A DNA stretch of 64,000 nucleotides from Methanomassiliicoccales archaeon (lineage in GTDB: Archaea; Thermoplasmatota; Thermoplasmata; Methanomassiliicoccales; UBA472), in assembly GCA_038740345.1 (NCBI GenBank), contig JAVYMA010000003.1, forward strand, positions 1,470 to 65,469, in the 5' to 3' direction. The notes under the pieces were generated by a model. That model was not told where the DNA came from and ran no database searches. It was given only the letters and a program-made list of their open reading frames with translations. The position numbers were made by a program, and so were the translations under genes. Below, piece after piece: positions 29,017 through 37,258 of the stretch (position 1 is its first letter; every line of letters starts with the position of its first letter).

Positions 29017-29835
29017 TCATTTGCTCTCATCTTTCAATAGACGGGTGGTGATCTCCACCAAAGGATGGTGCGAACCATCTATGATCTTAACATCATCAAG
29101 ACTGTTTAGGCCGTGCTCGCGAGCCGTTTTTTCCATGCCCAGTTCGATGTCCCTATCGGGCTGTAATACAACGGCAGAAAATTGTTTGACGCCCATCTGC
29201 TTGGCCGCCAAGACCCTATGATGACCGTCCACCAGGAGATAATGGTCATTCTTCTGCACCACGATAATCGGTTCCACCAGTCCGCGTCTTATCTCCTCTT
29301 GGCGACCTAGAAGTTCATCTGCGAAGACTTCCCACTGCGTGGGCTTTAATTGCTCTATCGGTATCACTCGTCGTTTGACGTTGATGTTTATCCCGTGTTT
29401 CTTTTCGAGGAAGGTCTTGACCATAAGGACCTTATTAGGGGTGGCTCGCTCGATGTGAGATCTTACGATATCCAAATTCGAGATTATGCCTATGAGCATA
29501 CCTTTCTCGTTAACTACAGGAACGTTCCTTAGCCCATATCTAAATAATACCCTAGCGGCGTCGTCCAAATCCATATCGGGAGTAACTGAATAAGTTCCCC
29601 GTCGAATGATATTCCTTATTTTGGCATCAGGCTTGCTGATATTCCGTAGAAGCTCCTTGGCCGTCACGAACCCAATCAGCTTGCCCTTATCAGTTACAGG
29701 TAGACCATGAAATTCAGTATTGATCAATTTTTCTATAGCTTGCTCTACGGTAAAGTCACCAGGTATGGAGATGACATCTCTGATCATGTAATCTTCGACT
29801 TTGAGCTTTCTTTCTTCCATTCTATCGTATCTCAA
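29017..29835 (-). CDS. CBS-pair domain fused to a ParB/sulfiredoxin-like domain
   Basis: Two CBS repeats (DYMIRDVISI...HGLPVTD; ...LRNVPVVNEKGMLIGIIS), then IPIEQLKPTQ ... LLVDGHHRVLAAKQMG, typical of the ParB N-terminal-like fold. Confidence 0.65.
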   Translation of the reverse strand: MRYDRMEERKLKVEDYMIRDVISIPGDFTVEQAIEKLINTEFHGLPVTDKGKLIGFVTAKELLRNISKPDAKIRNIIRRGTYSVTPDMDLDDAARVLFRYGLRNVPVVNEKGMLIGIISNLDIVRSHIERATPNKVLMVKTFLEKKHGININVKRRVIPIEQLKPTQWEVFADELLGRQEEIRRGLVEPIIVVQKNDHYLLVDGHHRVLAAKQMGVKQFSAVVLQPDRDIELGMEKTAREHGLNSLDDVKIIDGSHHPLVEITTRLLKDESK

Positions 29836-29947
29836 TCGTATTTTTAATTAAAGAACTTGCAGGGGACAGTGAACGTAGCTAGAGCATTAAAACATGAGAA
29901 TTTGATTCCACCCCAGAATAATGTAGAATCTCCCTTTAACCTCAAGT

Positions 29948-29957
29948 GATATATAGG
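29948..29957 (+). promoter_or_regulatory. TATA-like box upstream of tRNA-Asp
   Basis: gatatatagg ends 28 nt before the tRNA 5' end. Confidence 0.3.
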
Positions 29958-29984
29958 ACTAATTTATTCTCGAGACAGCCGGAA

Positions 29985-30060
29985 GCCCTGGTAGTGTAGC
30001 GGCCTATCATGAAGCCCTGTCGAGGCTTCGACTCGGGTTCAAATCCCGACCAGGGCGCCA
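29985..30060 (+). tRNA. tRNA-Asp (anticodon GTC), CCA encoded
   Basis: GCCCTGG...CCAGGGC acceptor stem, anticodon stem-loop AAGCC-CTGTCGA-GGCTT, T-arm TCGGG-TTCAAAT-CCCGA, 3' GCCA. Confidence 0.9.
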
Positions 30061-30199
30061 TCCTTTTCCGTTAGAAAATTAGATGCTGAGTTGTGTTTGA
30101 TTCGGTAAACATTATAGTCGAGATAATAGTATTAGTTTTTATAATACAATATTAGGAAATGAATTCATGTAAATCATAGATTGTATCAAAGGTGAGCAT

Positions 30200-30835
30200 A
30201 TGGTCGCAATTCTAGGGACCTTGGGCTTCCGTCCGCAGTCTCTCATCCCCACTATTAAATCCACGCCCGGAGTAGATCATGTCGTGGTCTTCATCAGCCC
30301 AGCGAAGAAGTCAAAAGAAGCAGTCGCTGCGGTGGTGGATTATTGCCGCACTATGCAGATAAAATGCGATGTGGTCGAACTTGACGATGCTTTCGACCTC
30401 ATGATGGTGGCAGAGAAGGTTCAAGATCAAGTTTTAGCCTTGCGAAGCGCAGGTGAAGATATAGCCGTATTTAACATCGCGGGTGGAACTAGATTGATGA
30501 GTGGAGCAGCCTTGCTGGTATGTATCTTCGAAGGTCTGAACGCTGTATATGTTCATGACGATACATACGAAGAGATAGCCCTTCCTTTTCTGCACATGAA
30601 ATACTCGAACGCCCTTACCCCAGTAGAAAAGGATATTCTTAAGCAGATTCTGAAGCATGAAGATGGCATATCCCAGATAGAATTAGCCAAAGAAATGGGC
30701 CTGCACAAGGCCACTGTGAATCACCACATAAAATTGTTATTAGAAAAAGGAGCTGTGGAGCTGATAACTAAGCCTGACGATAGGAGAAAGAAAATAGTGC
30801 GCGTGCAGGAATCTATGCGCCTTTTATTAAGGTGA
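30200..30835 (+). CDS. Csa3-like regulator: CARF-type Rossmann domain + winged HTH (paralog 1)
   Basis: N-terminus MVAILGTLGF, central NIAGGTRLM (CARF G-G-T motif), C-terminal MarR-like wHTH ISQIELAKEMGLHKATVNHHIKLLLEKGAV. The architecture matches Sulfolobus Csa3 as I recall it. ATG lies 4 nt after GGTGA. Confidence 0.65.
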   Translation: MVAILGTLGFRPQSLIPTIKSTPGVDHVVVFISPAKKSKEAVAAVVDYCRTMQIKCDVVELDDAFDLMMVAEKVQDQVLALRSAGEDIAVFNIAGGTRLMSGAALLVCIFEGLNAVYVHDDTYEEIALPFLHMKYSNALTPVEKDILKQILKHEDGISQIELAKEMGLHKATVNHHIKLLLEKGAVELITKPDDRRKKIVRVQESMRLLLR

Positions 30836-30840
30836 CCATT

Positions 30841-31464
30841 TTGCGTGTACTCATCACCACATTTGGTTATGACCATTCTAAAATAATACAAGCCATGAAG
30901 GCGGTCCCGCATGACGCCTTAATAGTCGTCACCAGCGAAGAGAATTCGCGCACAGAACAATACAAAAAAATATTGGAAGCAGCAAACATGGCCAATGTGC
31001 CAGTGGAGTTGCTTTTAGTGGACAAATTCGATTTCCTTTCTACCTTCCATAGAATTGTTGATTGTATATCAACTCATAGGAAACGAGGAGATAAGGTCGC
31101 ATTGAATGTTAGCGGAGGGACAAGAATATTAGCTGATGCTGCTCTCATCGCTGCCTTCAATACTGGTGTAGAATGTTATCATATAGCCGATACCGTGCGC
31201 CGGCTCCCTGTTCTACATGGCGTTACAATCATGGAACCGTTGACACGTGAGCAGAAATCTATTTTACTAAACCTTGAAGATGGAATAGAGGTTAAGGAGG
31301 CTATAAAACTCGCCAAAGACGATCCGAGGTTCATGGACGAGCTATTGAAATTAAAGAAAGCCGGCGTCGTGGAGACTAGAAGTGATTCTGAAAAGGTGCG
31401 CTTATTCCTCACCGACAAAGGACAAAGAGTTTTAAGATCTATGAGGAAAAAACGAGATTCCTGA
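30841..31464 (+). CDS. Csa3-like CARF + wHTH protein (divergent paralog 2)
   Basis: MRVLITTFGY, NVSGGTRIL and a C-terminal wHTH-like segment. I prefer TTG 30841 (5 nt after GGTGA), which aligns residue-for-residue with the paralog 1 N-terminus. The ORF-track start GTG 30832 overlaps the paralog 1 stop (GTGA). Confidence 0.6.
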   Translation: MRVLITTFGYDHSKIIQAMKAVPHDALIVVTSEENSRTEQYKKILEAANMANVPVELLLVDKFDFLSTFHRIVDCISTHRKRGDKVALNVSGGTRILADAALIAAFNTGVECYHIADTVRRLPVLHGVTIMEPLTREQKSILLNLEDGIEVKEAIKLAKDDPRFMDELLKLKKAGVVETRSDSEKVRLFLTDKGQRVLRSMRKKRDS

Positions 31465-31466
31465 TG

Positions 31467-32558
31467 TCACTTGATCAGCGGAATGATTTCAGCCTTAATT
31501 CTTGAAATCGTTCTTTCCACCTCTTCAGCGACACCTTCTGGCTCAGGAGGAGATTCTTTGTCATGCAAAGCATCCCAAGCCGCAGATTCCTTTGGATATA
31601 CACCTGAGATGGTGCAAAACATTATCGCCCAGCAACGTGGAACGGTTTCGATGTTGTAGCCCCCTCCCCCAACCACTAAGTAATGTCCATTACAAAGATC
31701 GTGCGCTGCCTTATGCGTGACATTTGCTATTTCCTCATAAGCATGTGTGGTTAGCCCTAATCCAACTAATGGATCCAGGAAATGCGCATCCACCCCGAAC
31801 TGATGGATGATGAAATCTGGCCGATACTCCTTCAGTGCGGTAATAACGACCTCATTATAGGCCTTCAAATACGTCCTGTCACCCGTCCTGAACGGCAGCG
31901 GTACATTTATGGCGTAGCCTTTTCCATAGCCTTCTCCTATCTCCCTCGTCCCCCCGCTGCCTGGGAAAAATCCCAGGCTAAAGTGGTGCAAGGAAATGGT
32001 CAGCACCTTCTCACTATAGAAAACGGATTGTGTTCCATCGCCATGATGTCCATCGATATCGATTATAGCTATTCGCTCCTTTTTGAACCGCCTTTGAAGT
32101 GCCCTGACCGCCACGGCGATGTCATTGAAAACACAGAATCCTGAGGAGCATTCGGAGCGCGCGTGATGCAGACCGCCTGCAGGATTGAAGGCATGAAGGA
32201 ATTTGCCATTCATGATTCCCTCTGCTCCGTCTATAGTAGCGCCTACCGCCGCGAGCGCACCTTCTAACAAGGTTTTGGTGGCGGGCGTATCTCCTCTGTC
32301 TAGGAGACCATATCCAGACTCACAGCGGTTGCGCACAAAGTCTATATGTTCTTTGCTATGCACCATGCACAGGTCCTCAATAGAGGCTGGATATGTCTTA
32401 TATACGATCGCTTTATCACCAAAGATTCCCAATTTTTCCAACAATTCCAAGGTCGCCTTTTCCCTATACGGCTGGAAGGGATGGTTCTCCCCGAAGTAGT
32501 ACTTCAGGAAGTCTTCATTGTAGAGGAATGCGCAATGATCGCCGGTCACGAAATCCAC
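31467..32558 (-). CDS. histone-deacetylase-family amidohydrolase (AcuC/HDAC-like)
   Basis: GGLHHARSECSSGFCVFND and IDIDGHHGDGTQ metal/catalytic motifs. Confidence 0.85.
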   Translation of the reverse strand: MDFVTGDHCAFLYNEDFLKYYFGENHPFQPYREKATLELLEKLGIFGDKAIVYKTYPASIEDLCMVHSKEHIDFVRNRCESGYGLLDRGDTPATKTLLEGALAAVGATIDGAEGIMNGKFLHAFNPAGGLHHARSECSSGFCVFNDIAVAVRALQRRFKKERIAIIDIDGHHGDGTQSVFYSEKVLTISLHHFSLGFFPGSGGTREIGEGYGKGYAINVPLPFRTGDRTYLKAYNEVVITALKEYRPDFIIHQFGVDAHFLDPLVGLGLTTHAYEEIANVTHKAAHDLCNGHYLVVGGGGYNIETVPRCWAIMFCTISGVYPKESAAWDALHDKESPPEPEGVAEEVERTISRIKAEIIPLIK

Positions 32559-32611
32559 CGAATGAAAGGGAGATATAAATCAGCTCTCTGAATTTCAAAA
32601 TATCGCTAACG

Positions 32612-32941
32612 TCATTCGACGAAGTGGATGCACAAAGGCCCTTTCTCCCTCACTAAACTCTTAGACATCATGCCAAGTTCTATAAAGGCACAGTTAAAGA
32701 TAGCAGTTGGAACAAGACAAGTGGTAGTTAGACCTGCCTTTCCAGCAAGTTCGAGAATTCGATTTCCTTCCCATTCGGTCAAATCCTTGACGTCAGCGTG
32801 TTGCAGCATATCCGCATAAGTAGCGACGTTAGGACAGTCAGACCTGATCTCGATGGAAACTCTATCCTCACCTATCCTTTTCGCAAGAACTTCGGTATAG
32901 TGACTGCAAATCGCTGCTTCCACAACAGCTTTGGATGGCAT
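32612..32941 (-). CDS. hypothetical Cys-rich protein (109 aa)
   Basis: An ORF with 5 Cys (SDCPNV, TTCLVP, FNCAF, LCIHF), lying between the ABC ATPase gene and the HDAC-like gene on the same strand. No family recognised. Confidence 0.45.
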   Translation of the reverse strand: MPSKAVVEAAICSHYTEVLAKRIGEDRVSIEIRSDCPNVATYADMLQHADVKDLTEWEGNRILELAGKAGLTTTCLVPTAIFNCAFIELGMMSKSLVREKGPLCIHFVE

Positions 32942-32989
32942 TCTTTTTCCTCATAAGGGAATTATTTTTGCATTAGAAATATTCGAAGG

Positions 32990-33781
32990 TCATTGCACAG
33001 TGCCTAACACAATCATGCTGTATGATTGGATTCGCTCATCGTACTGCACCACAGAGCGGATTTTGAAGACTTTAAGCACATTTTCCTGTGTCAGAACTTC
33101 AGGAATAGACCCAGCGGCGAGTATCCTTCCCGATTCGAGCAATATGGCCTTATCGCAATATCGCGCTGCGAGATTCAAATCATGAGAGACCATTATAACA
33201 GTCAATTTCTCTTTTCGGGCCAGGTCTCTCACGAGTTCCATTATTTCCATCTGATGGTTTATGTCGAGGTGCAAAGTCGGTTCGTCCAACAGCATTATTT
33301 TTGGCTTTTGGGCCAAGGCGCGAGCGATTATTACTCTTTGCCTCTCACCGCCTGAGAGCTGATTCATCGTGCGATTGGCAAGAGAAGTAACATTGGTGGC
33401 TTCCATAGCTTCGCGGATTATTTCGATGTCTTCCCTCGTTTCTCTTGCAAGTCGATCCATGGATGGATTTCGACCCATCATGACCACTTCTAAAGCTGTG
33501 AAGGGGAACGTGATGACGCAGTTCTGAGGTACCACTGCCATCTCCCTGGCGATCTCTCGGCGAGAAAGGGCACCAAGATCCCTGCCCTCGACCAGCACCG
33601 TACCTTTGGAAGGGGAGAGGGCGCGATTCATACAACGTAGCAGTGTGGTCTTTCCAGAACCATTAGGTCCGAGCACTGCTACCATCTCACCCTCATTTGC
33701 CTCGAATTCTATGTCCTTTAGAACCGGCGATGAATCGTAGCTGAATTCAATGCCCTGGACCCGCAATCTAGCAACTACCAT
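32990..33781 (-). CDS. ABC transporter ATP-binding protein (FepC/BtuD-like)
   Basis: Walker A GPNGSGKTT, signature LSGGERQR, Walker B MLLDEPT. Confidence 0.88.
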   Translation of the reverse strand: MVVARLRVQGIEFSYDSSPVLKDIEFEANEGEMVAVLGPNGSGKTTLLRCMNRALSPSKGTVLVEGRDLGALSRREIAREMAVVPQNCVITFPFTALEVVMMGRNPSMDRLARETREDIEIIREAMEATNVTSLANRTMNQLSGGERQRVIIARALAQKPKIMLLDEPTLHLDINHQMEIMELVRDLARKEKLTVIMVSHDLNLAARYCDKAILLESGRILAAGSIPEVLTQENVLKVFKIRSVVQYDERIQSYSMIVLGTVQ

Positions 33782-34842
33782 TCCGTGGCCTCCCTCTTCC
33801 GTCTTAGGAGATAAAGGAAAAAAGGTCCTCCCATTATGGCAGTGATTATGCCCACAGGAAGTTCCTGAGGTGCCATAACTGTGCGGGCGACAGTATCGGT
33901 TATTATAAGAAATATAGCCCCTCCCAATAATGAGGCAGGGAATAGTATGCGATTGTCTGGCCCAATGACCATGCGCATTATATGAGGCACGATGAGCCCT
34001 ACGAATGCGATTATGCCGGTAAAAGCCACGGCGGCGCCCGTGACCAAAGCTGATCCAATCAACATGACCTTGGTGGTGGTCTTGGGGTCGACCCCTAGGC
34101 TAGTGGCATGCGCCTCTCCCACTATGACAGCATTAAGATCTCTTGAAAATAGCATCAAGAGCAGAAAGCCTGGAATGAGGAACGCAAAAACTATCCAAAA
34201 CTGATCCCAATTGGCCCGATTGAGGCCCCCCATAAGCCAGAAAACAACCTGGGACATGGTCTCAGTGGAGCCCTGGGCGGCAAGAATCTGCAATAATGAT
34301 GTGAGGGCTGAGAAGAAGGCTCCTACAGCAATACCAGCAAGTAGGAGAGTTGTAGTGGGAAGATAGCCATCCACTCTTCCCAACATATACACGATGAATA
34401 ACGTTATCATGGCGAGCAGGAAGGCGGTGACCGGAATCGCCAGGTCGCCCGATGCGAAGCTGAAGCCGAACACCAAGGTGATCGATGCGCCGAAAGCAGC
34501 GCCTTGAGAAATTCCTATCACTGACGGCGAGGCCATAGGATTCTTGAAAATGCCTTGCAACGCCACCCCGGCAATTGATAAACAAGATCCCACCACCCCA
34601 GCAAGCATTATTCGCGGCAGCCTTACCTTCTGGATGATAGTTATCTCAGTGCTTGTGGCATCAGTCTTAAAGCCCAGGAGAATGCCCAACGCTTTTTCAT
34701 ATGAGATATTTACTGTTCCGACGCAAAGACCGATGATGATAGCGACGAAAAGAGCCAAAGACAACAAAATAATCGCCAGCGACCATCTTGCAATCCTTCC
34801 ACGGTGCAGTTCGAAAAGGTCCTGGCTCTCCTTCGCTTTCAT
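33775..34842 (-). CDS. ABC transporter permease, FecCD/BtuC family
   Basis: Polytopic, with the family-typical LPRI(M)LAG and ...AIMGGPFFLYLLRR C-terminus. I place the start at ATG 34842, 1 nt after the radical SAM stop. Confidence 0.85.
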   Translation of the reverse strand: MKAKESQDLFELHRGRIARWSLAIILLSLALFVAIIIGLCVGTVNISYEKALGILLGFKTDATSTEITIIQKVRLPRIMLAGVVGSCLSIAGVALQGIFKNPMASPSVIGISQGAAFGASITLVFGFSFASGDLAIPVTAFLLAMITLFIVYMLGRVDGYLPTTTLLLAGIAVGAFFSALTSLLQILAAQGSTETMSQVVFWLMGGLNRANWDQFWIVFAFLIPGFLLLMLFSRDLNAVIVGEAHATSLGVDPKTTTKVMLIGSALVTGAAVAFTGIIAFVGLIVPHIMRMVIGPDNRILFPASLLGGAIFLIITDTVARTVMAPQELPVGIITAIMGGPFFLYLLRRKREATEW

Positions 34843-34843
34843 A

Positions 34844-35554
34844 TCAATCCACCAGACCAACACTATGTAATGAATTGCGCGCTGATGCTTCCAAGTACTC
34901 CCTTACGGTCAATATGGAGCAGGTCACCCTAGGAATGTGTCTTTTGGCTACGATAACCGCATCGGCCATTTCGTCTCTAGTGGGTCGACGCCAAGGAAGA
35001 CCCGGGACGGGGATGTATCCAGTTATGTGTAACGGAACGTCGCTTCCAACTGAGGCTATGAATTCTGCGATTTTCTCAACCTCTTCTACATCTATCAGCT
35101 CAGGTATGAGGATAGTACTGACACGCATCTTGATACCCATATCATGAATGCGGAAGATGTTGCCCAGTACCTTGGTGTTCTGAGCTCCTGTTAATTGCAG
35201 ATGCTTGCGTTTGCTCACAGCACGCAAGCTGACACCTATTTCATCCACTTCAAGAGGAGGAAGCATAGAGGCGTTGGTATGAGCTATTTTGACCTTGGCT
35301 TTCTTCTCATTTTTTGCAAAAGCTACGATCTCATTAATCCCCTTGATGGTCAGTGGCTCTCCCCCTACAAAATTCAAGGTATCCATACGGAATGAAGAGA
35401 GCTTCTCCAAGATGGCGTCCAAGCTGAGGAAGTTCGTAGGTGCCATTTCCTCGCGCAATCTATAGGAGCAAATGCTGCAGTTCCAGTTGCATCCATAATT
35501 GCATATGGTAGCGGAACAATCCTCTTCATGGAACGCTATCCTGAAGACGGGCAT
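34844..35554 (-). CDS. small radical SAM protein (activase-like, 236 aa)
   Basis: C22-x3-C26-x2-C29 within ICNYGCNWNCSICSY, and GGEPL. ATG lies 3 nt after AGGTGA at the end of the upstream binding-protein gene. Confidence 0.7.
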   Translation of the reverse strand: MPVFRIAFHEEDCSATICNYGCNWNCSICSYRLREEMAPTNFLSLDAILEKLSSFRMDTLNFVGGEPLTIKGINEIVAFAKNEKKAKVKIAHTNASMLPPLEVDEIGVSLRAVSKRKHLQLTGAQNTKVLGNIFRIHDMGIKMRVSTILIPELIDVEEVEKIAEFIASVGSDVPLHITGYIPVPGLPWRRPTRDEMADAVIVAKRHIPRVTCSILTVREYLEASARNSLHSVGLVD

Positions 35555-35557
35555 AGA

Positions 35558-37000
35558 TCACCTAGGGAAGAAGAATTCCGCCATTTGCTCAACAGCATCG
35601 ACCAGACGCGGAGTAGATGATACCAGCTCACCGTTAATTCTCAGGATGCGATCCTGCTTCACGGCGGTGATTTCGCTCCATCCCGCAGTGGACTTGATTT
35701 GTTCTGTGGTCTTGGTGCTTTGGTCCTCGATGATGATGACATCAGGATTAGCATTGATGATATACTCACTGTTGAAGAGCGGATATTTCACAGTAGATGT
35801 CGAGTAGATGTTTCTTCCTCCAGCTAAGGTTATGAGTTCGTTTGCTATGGTACCAGGACCAACCGATTTTGTGCTGCGAAGCTCGAAATAAACAGTAGGC
35901 CTTTGATCTACTGGTACAGATGCCACTCTAGCCTTAACTGCTTCCAAGCGAGAATTCATGTTGTCGATCAAAGCCTTGGCATCGTTCTTGTGGCCGGTTA
36001 GCTCACCTAACGATTGAATCACGTCCATTACCTGACTCACGCTGCCCGGATTGTAACATACCACCTTGAGCCCATAGGATTCTAAAGTTGCCACAGAAGT
36101 AGTGGCGAAGCTCCAGGTGATGATGCAGTCCGGGTTCGTCGCTAAAATAGCCTCTATGTTGATCGTGAAGAAGCTCCCCACATTGATCTTCTGGCTAACC
36201 TGAGCCGGATATTTCGAGCTGCTATCCACACCCACGATGAGATCATCGGCTCCGATCGCATACAATACCTCAGTGAAAGAGCTGCCCATGGAAAGGATGC
36301 GCTGAGGTACCCCTTCGAAATGTATGAGCTTTCCTCTCTCATCGATAATGGAAAAAGGATTGCTAACCCAGATGGTGGTTGATGCAGAAGCTGTAACTCC
36401 TAGTTCATCGCACGCCACCGCCATTAAGGAGTGTTCTCCATTATCCATCGTCCTGCTATCCAGCCTAAAAGTAAATGGTGCAGCAGTCAAATTCCCTACA
36501 GGCTGTCCATCAAGATCAAGTCTGACGTAGGCTAATCCTCTCGGGCTAACAGCATCCACCACGACCTCGAAATCTGCAGAGATGCTAGAGCCATCCGTTG
36601 GAGAACGTATAATTACATTAGTACCCCCATTATTGATTATAATATCGGAATTCGCGACACCTATCCTCCCTTTCTCGTTTCTTATCATGACCATAATTGC
36701 GTGTTCGCCATCAAGATAGTCGGTGGTGTCGATCTCCCAATGGAAAGGAGCTTCATGGCTCACTCCGATAATCTTGTCATCTATCTTCAATACCGCAAGT
36801 ATAGCGGGACTGTTGCTCTCGAATGTGGCCTTCACAGTGATTACCCCTGCTATCATTGCATTTTCCTCAGGTTCCACGATCTCTACTTTTACCTTGAATC
36901 GATCGTCATGCTGACTGCTGATGCTAACTGCCCCGAAAATCCCTGCCATTACAATTAAGGCGACAACTGCAAAGGCGAGCAAAATCCCAGTTCTTTCCAT
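35558..37000 (-). CDS. ABC substrate-binding protein (BtuF/FhuD-type) with N-terminal anchor and two Ig-like repeats
   Basis: N-terminal TM helix; two repeats of about 90 aa sharing APF...D(G/N)GEH; a C-terminal periplasmic-binding-protein domain (RILSMGSSFTEVLYAIGADDLIVGVD...). Confidence 0.75.
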   Translation of the reverse strand: MERTGILLAFAVVALIVMAGIFGAVSISSQHDDRFKVKVEIVEPEENAMIAGVITVKATFESNSPAILAVLKIDDKIIGVSHEAPFHWEIDTTDYLDGEHAIMVMIRNEKGRIGVANSDIIINNGGTNVIIRSPTDGSSISADFEVVVDAVSPRGLAYVRLDLDGQPVGNLTAAPFTFRLDSRTMDNGEHSLMAVACDELGVTASASTTIWVSNPFSIIDERGKLIHFEGVPQRILSMGSSFTEVLYAIGADDLIVGVDSSSKYPAQVSQKINVGSFFTINIEAILATNPDCIITWSFATTSVATLESYGLKVVCYNPGSVSQVMDVIQSLGELTGHKNDAKALIDNMNSRLEAVKARVASVPVDQRPTVYFELRSTKSVGPGTIANELITLAGGRNIYSTSTVKYPLFNSEYIINANPDVIIIEDQSTKTTEQIKSTAGWSEITAVKQDRILRINGELVSSTPRLVDAVEQMAEFFFPR

Positions 37001-37155
37001 CCCTCAACCCCCTCTATGTCGATTTGACTGGATAACACAATATTCAATTTCGTGCTATCAAATTTATCGAAGTCTCATCGCTTCCCAAGTTTATCTATTC
37101 TTCGGAAGATGACCAGAAAATTAGGTCCAATTATTGGAGTTGATTCGTTCGACAT

Positions 37156-37178
37156 ATTGGATGGATTATCCATCCAAT
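37156..37178. promoter_or_regulatory. perfect 10-bp inverted repeat (operator or hairpin candidate)
   Basis: ATTGGATGGA-tta-TCCATCCAAT, in the divergent spacer between the ABC operon start (37000) and panD (37259). Confidence 0.45.
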
Positions 37179-37258
37179 TTAATCATTGAATTTATCTTTT
37201 CCTGCGCCTGTCATATTAAAGAGAAAGGTTCATGAAGGGGACATTCATGCATTAGACG

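Noticed and set aside
29985-30060. The near-identity of the tRNA-Asp and tRNA-Glu bodies (same anticodon stem and T-arm), as a sign of recent duplication or an attachment site.
   Set aside because: The acceptor stems, D-loops and anticodons differ in the way expected for two functional isoacceptor families. Asp/Glu tRNAs are commonly similar in archaea. The two genes are 31 kb apart and unrelated to the islet boundary.
29836-31464. A CRISPR array or cas genes expected near the Csa3-like pair.
   Set aside because: I read every intergenic region of the window and saw no regularly spaced direct repeats and no recognisable cas ORFs. They may exist outside the window.
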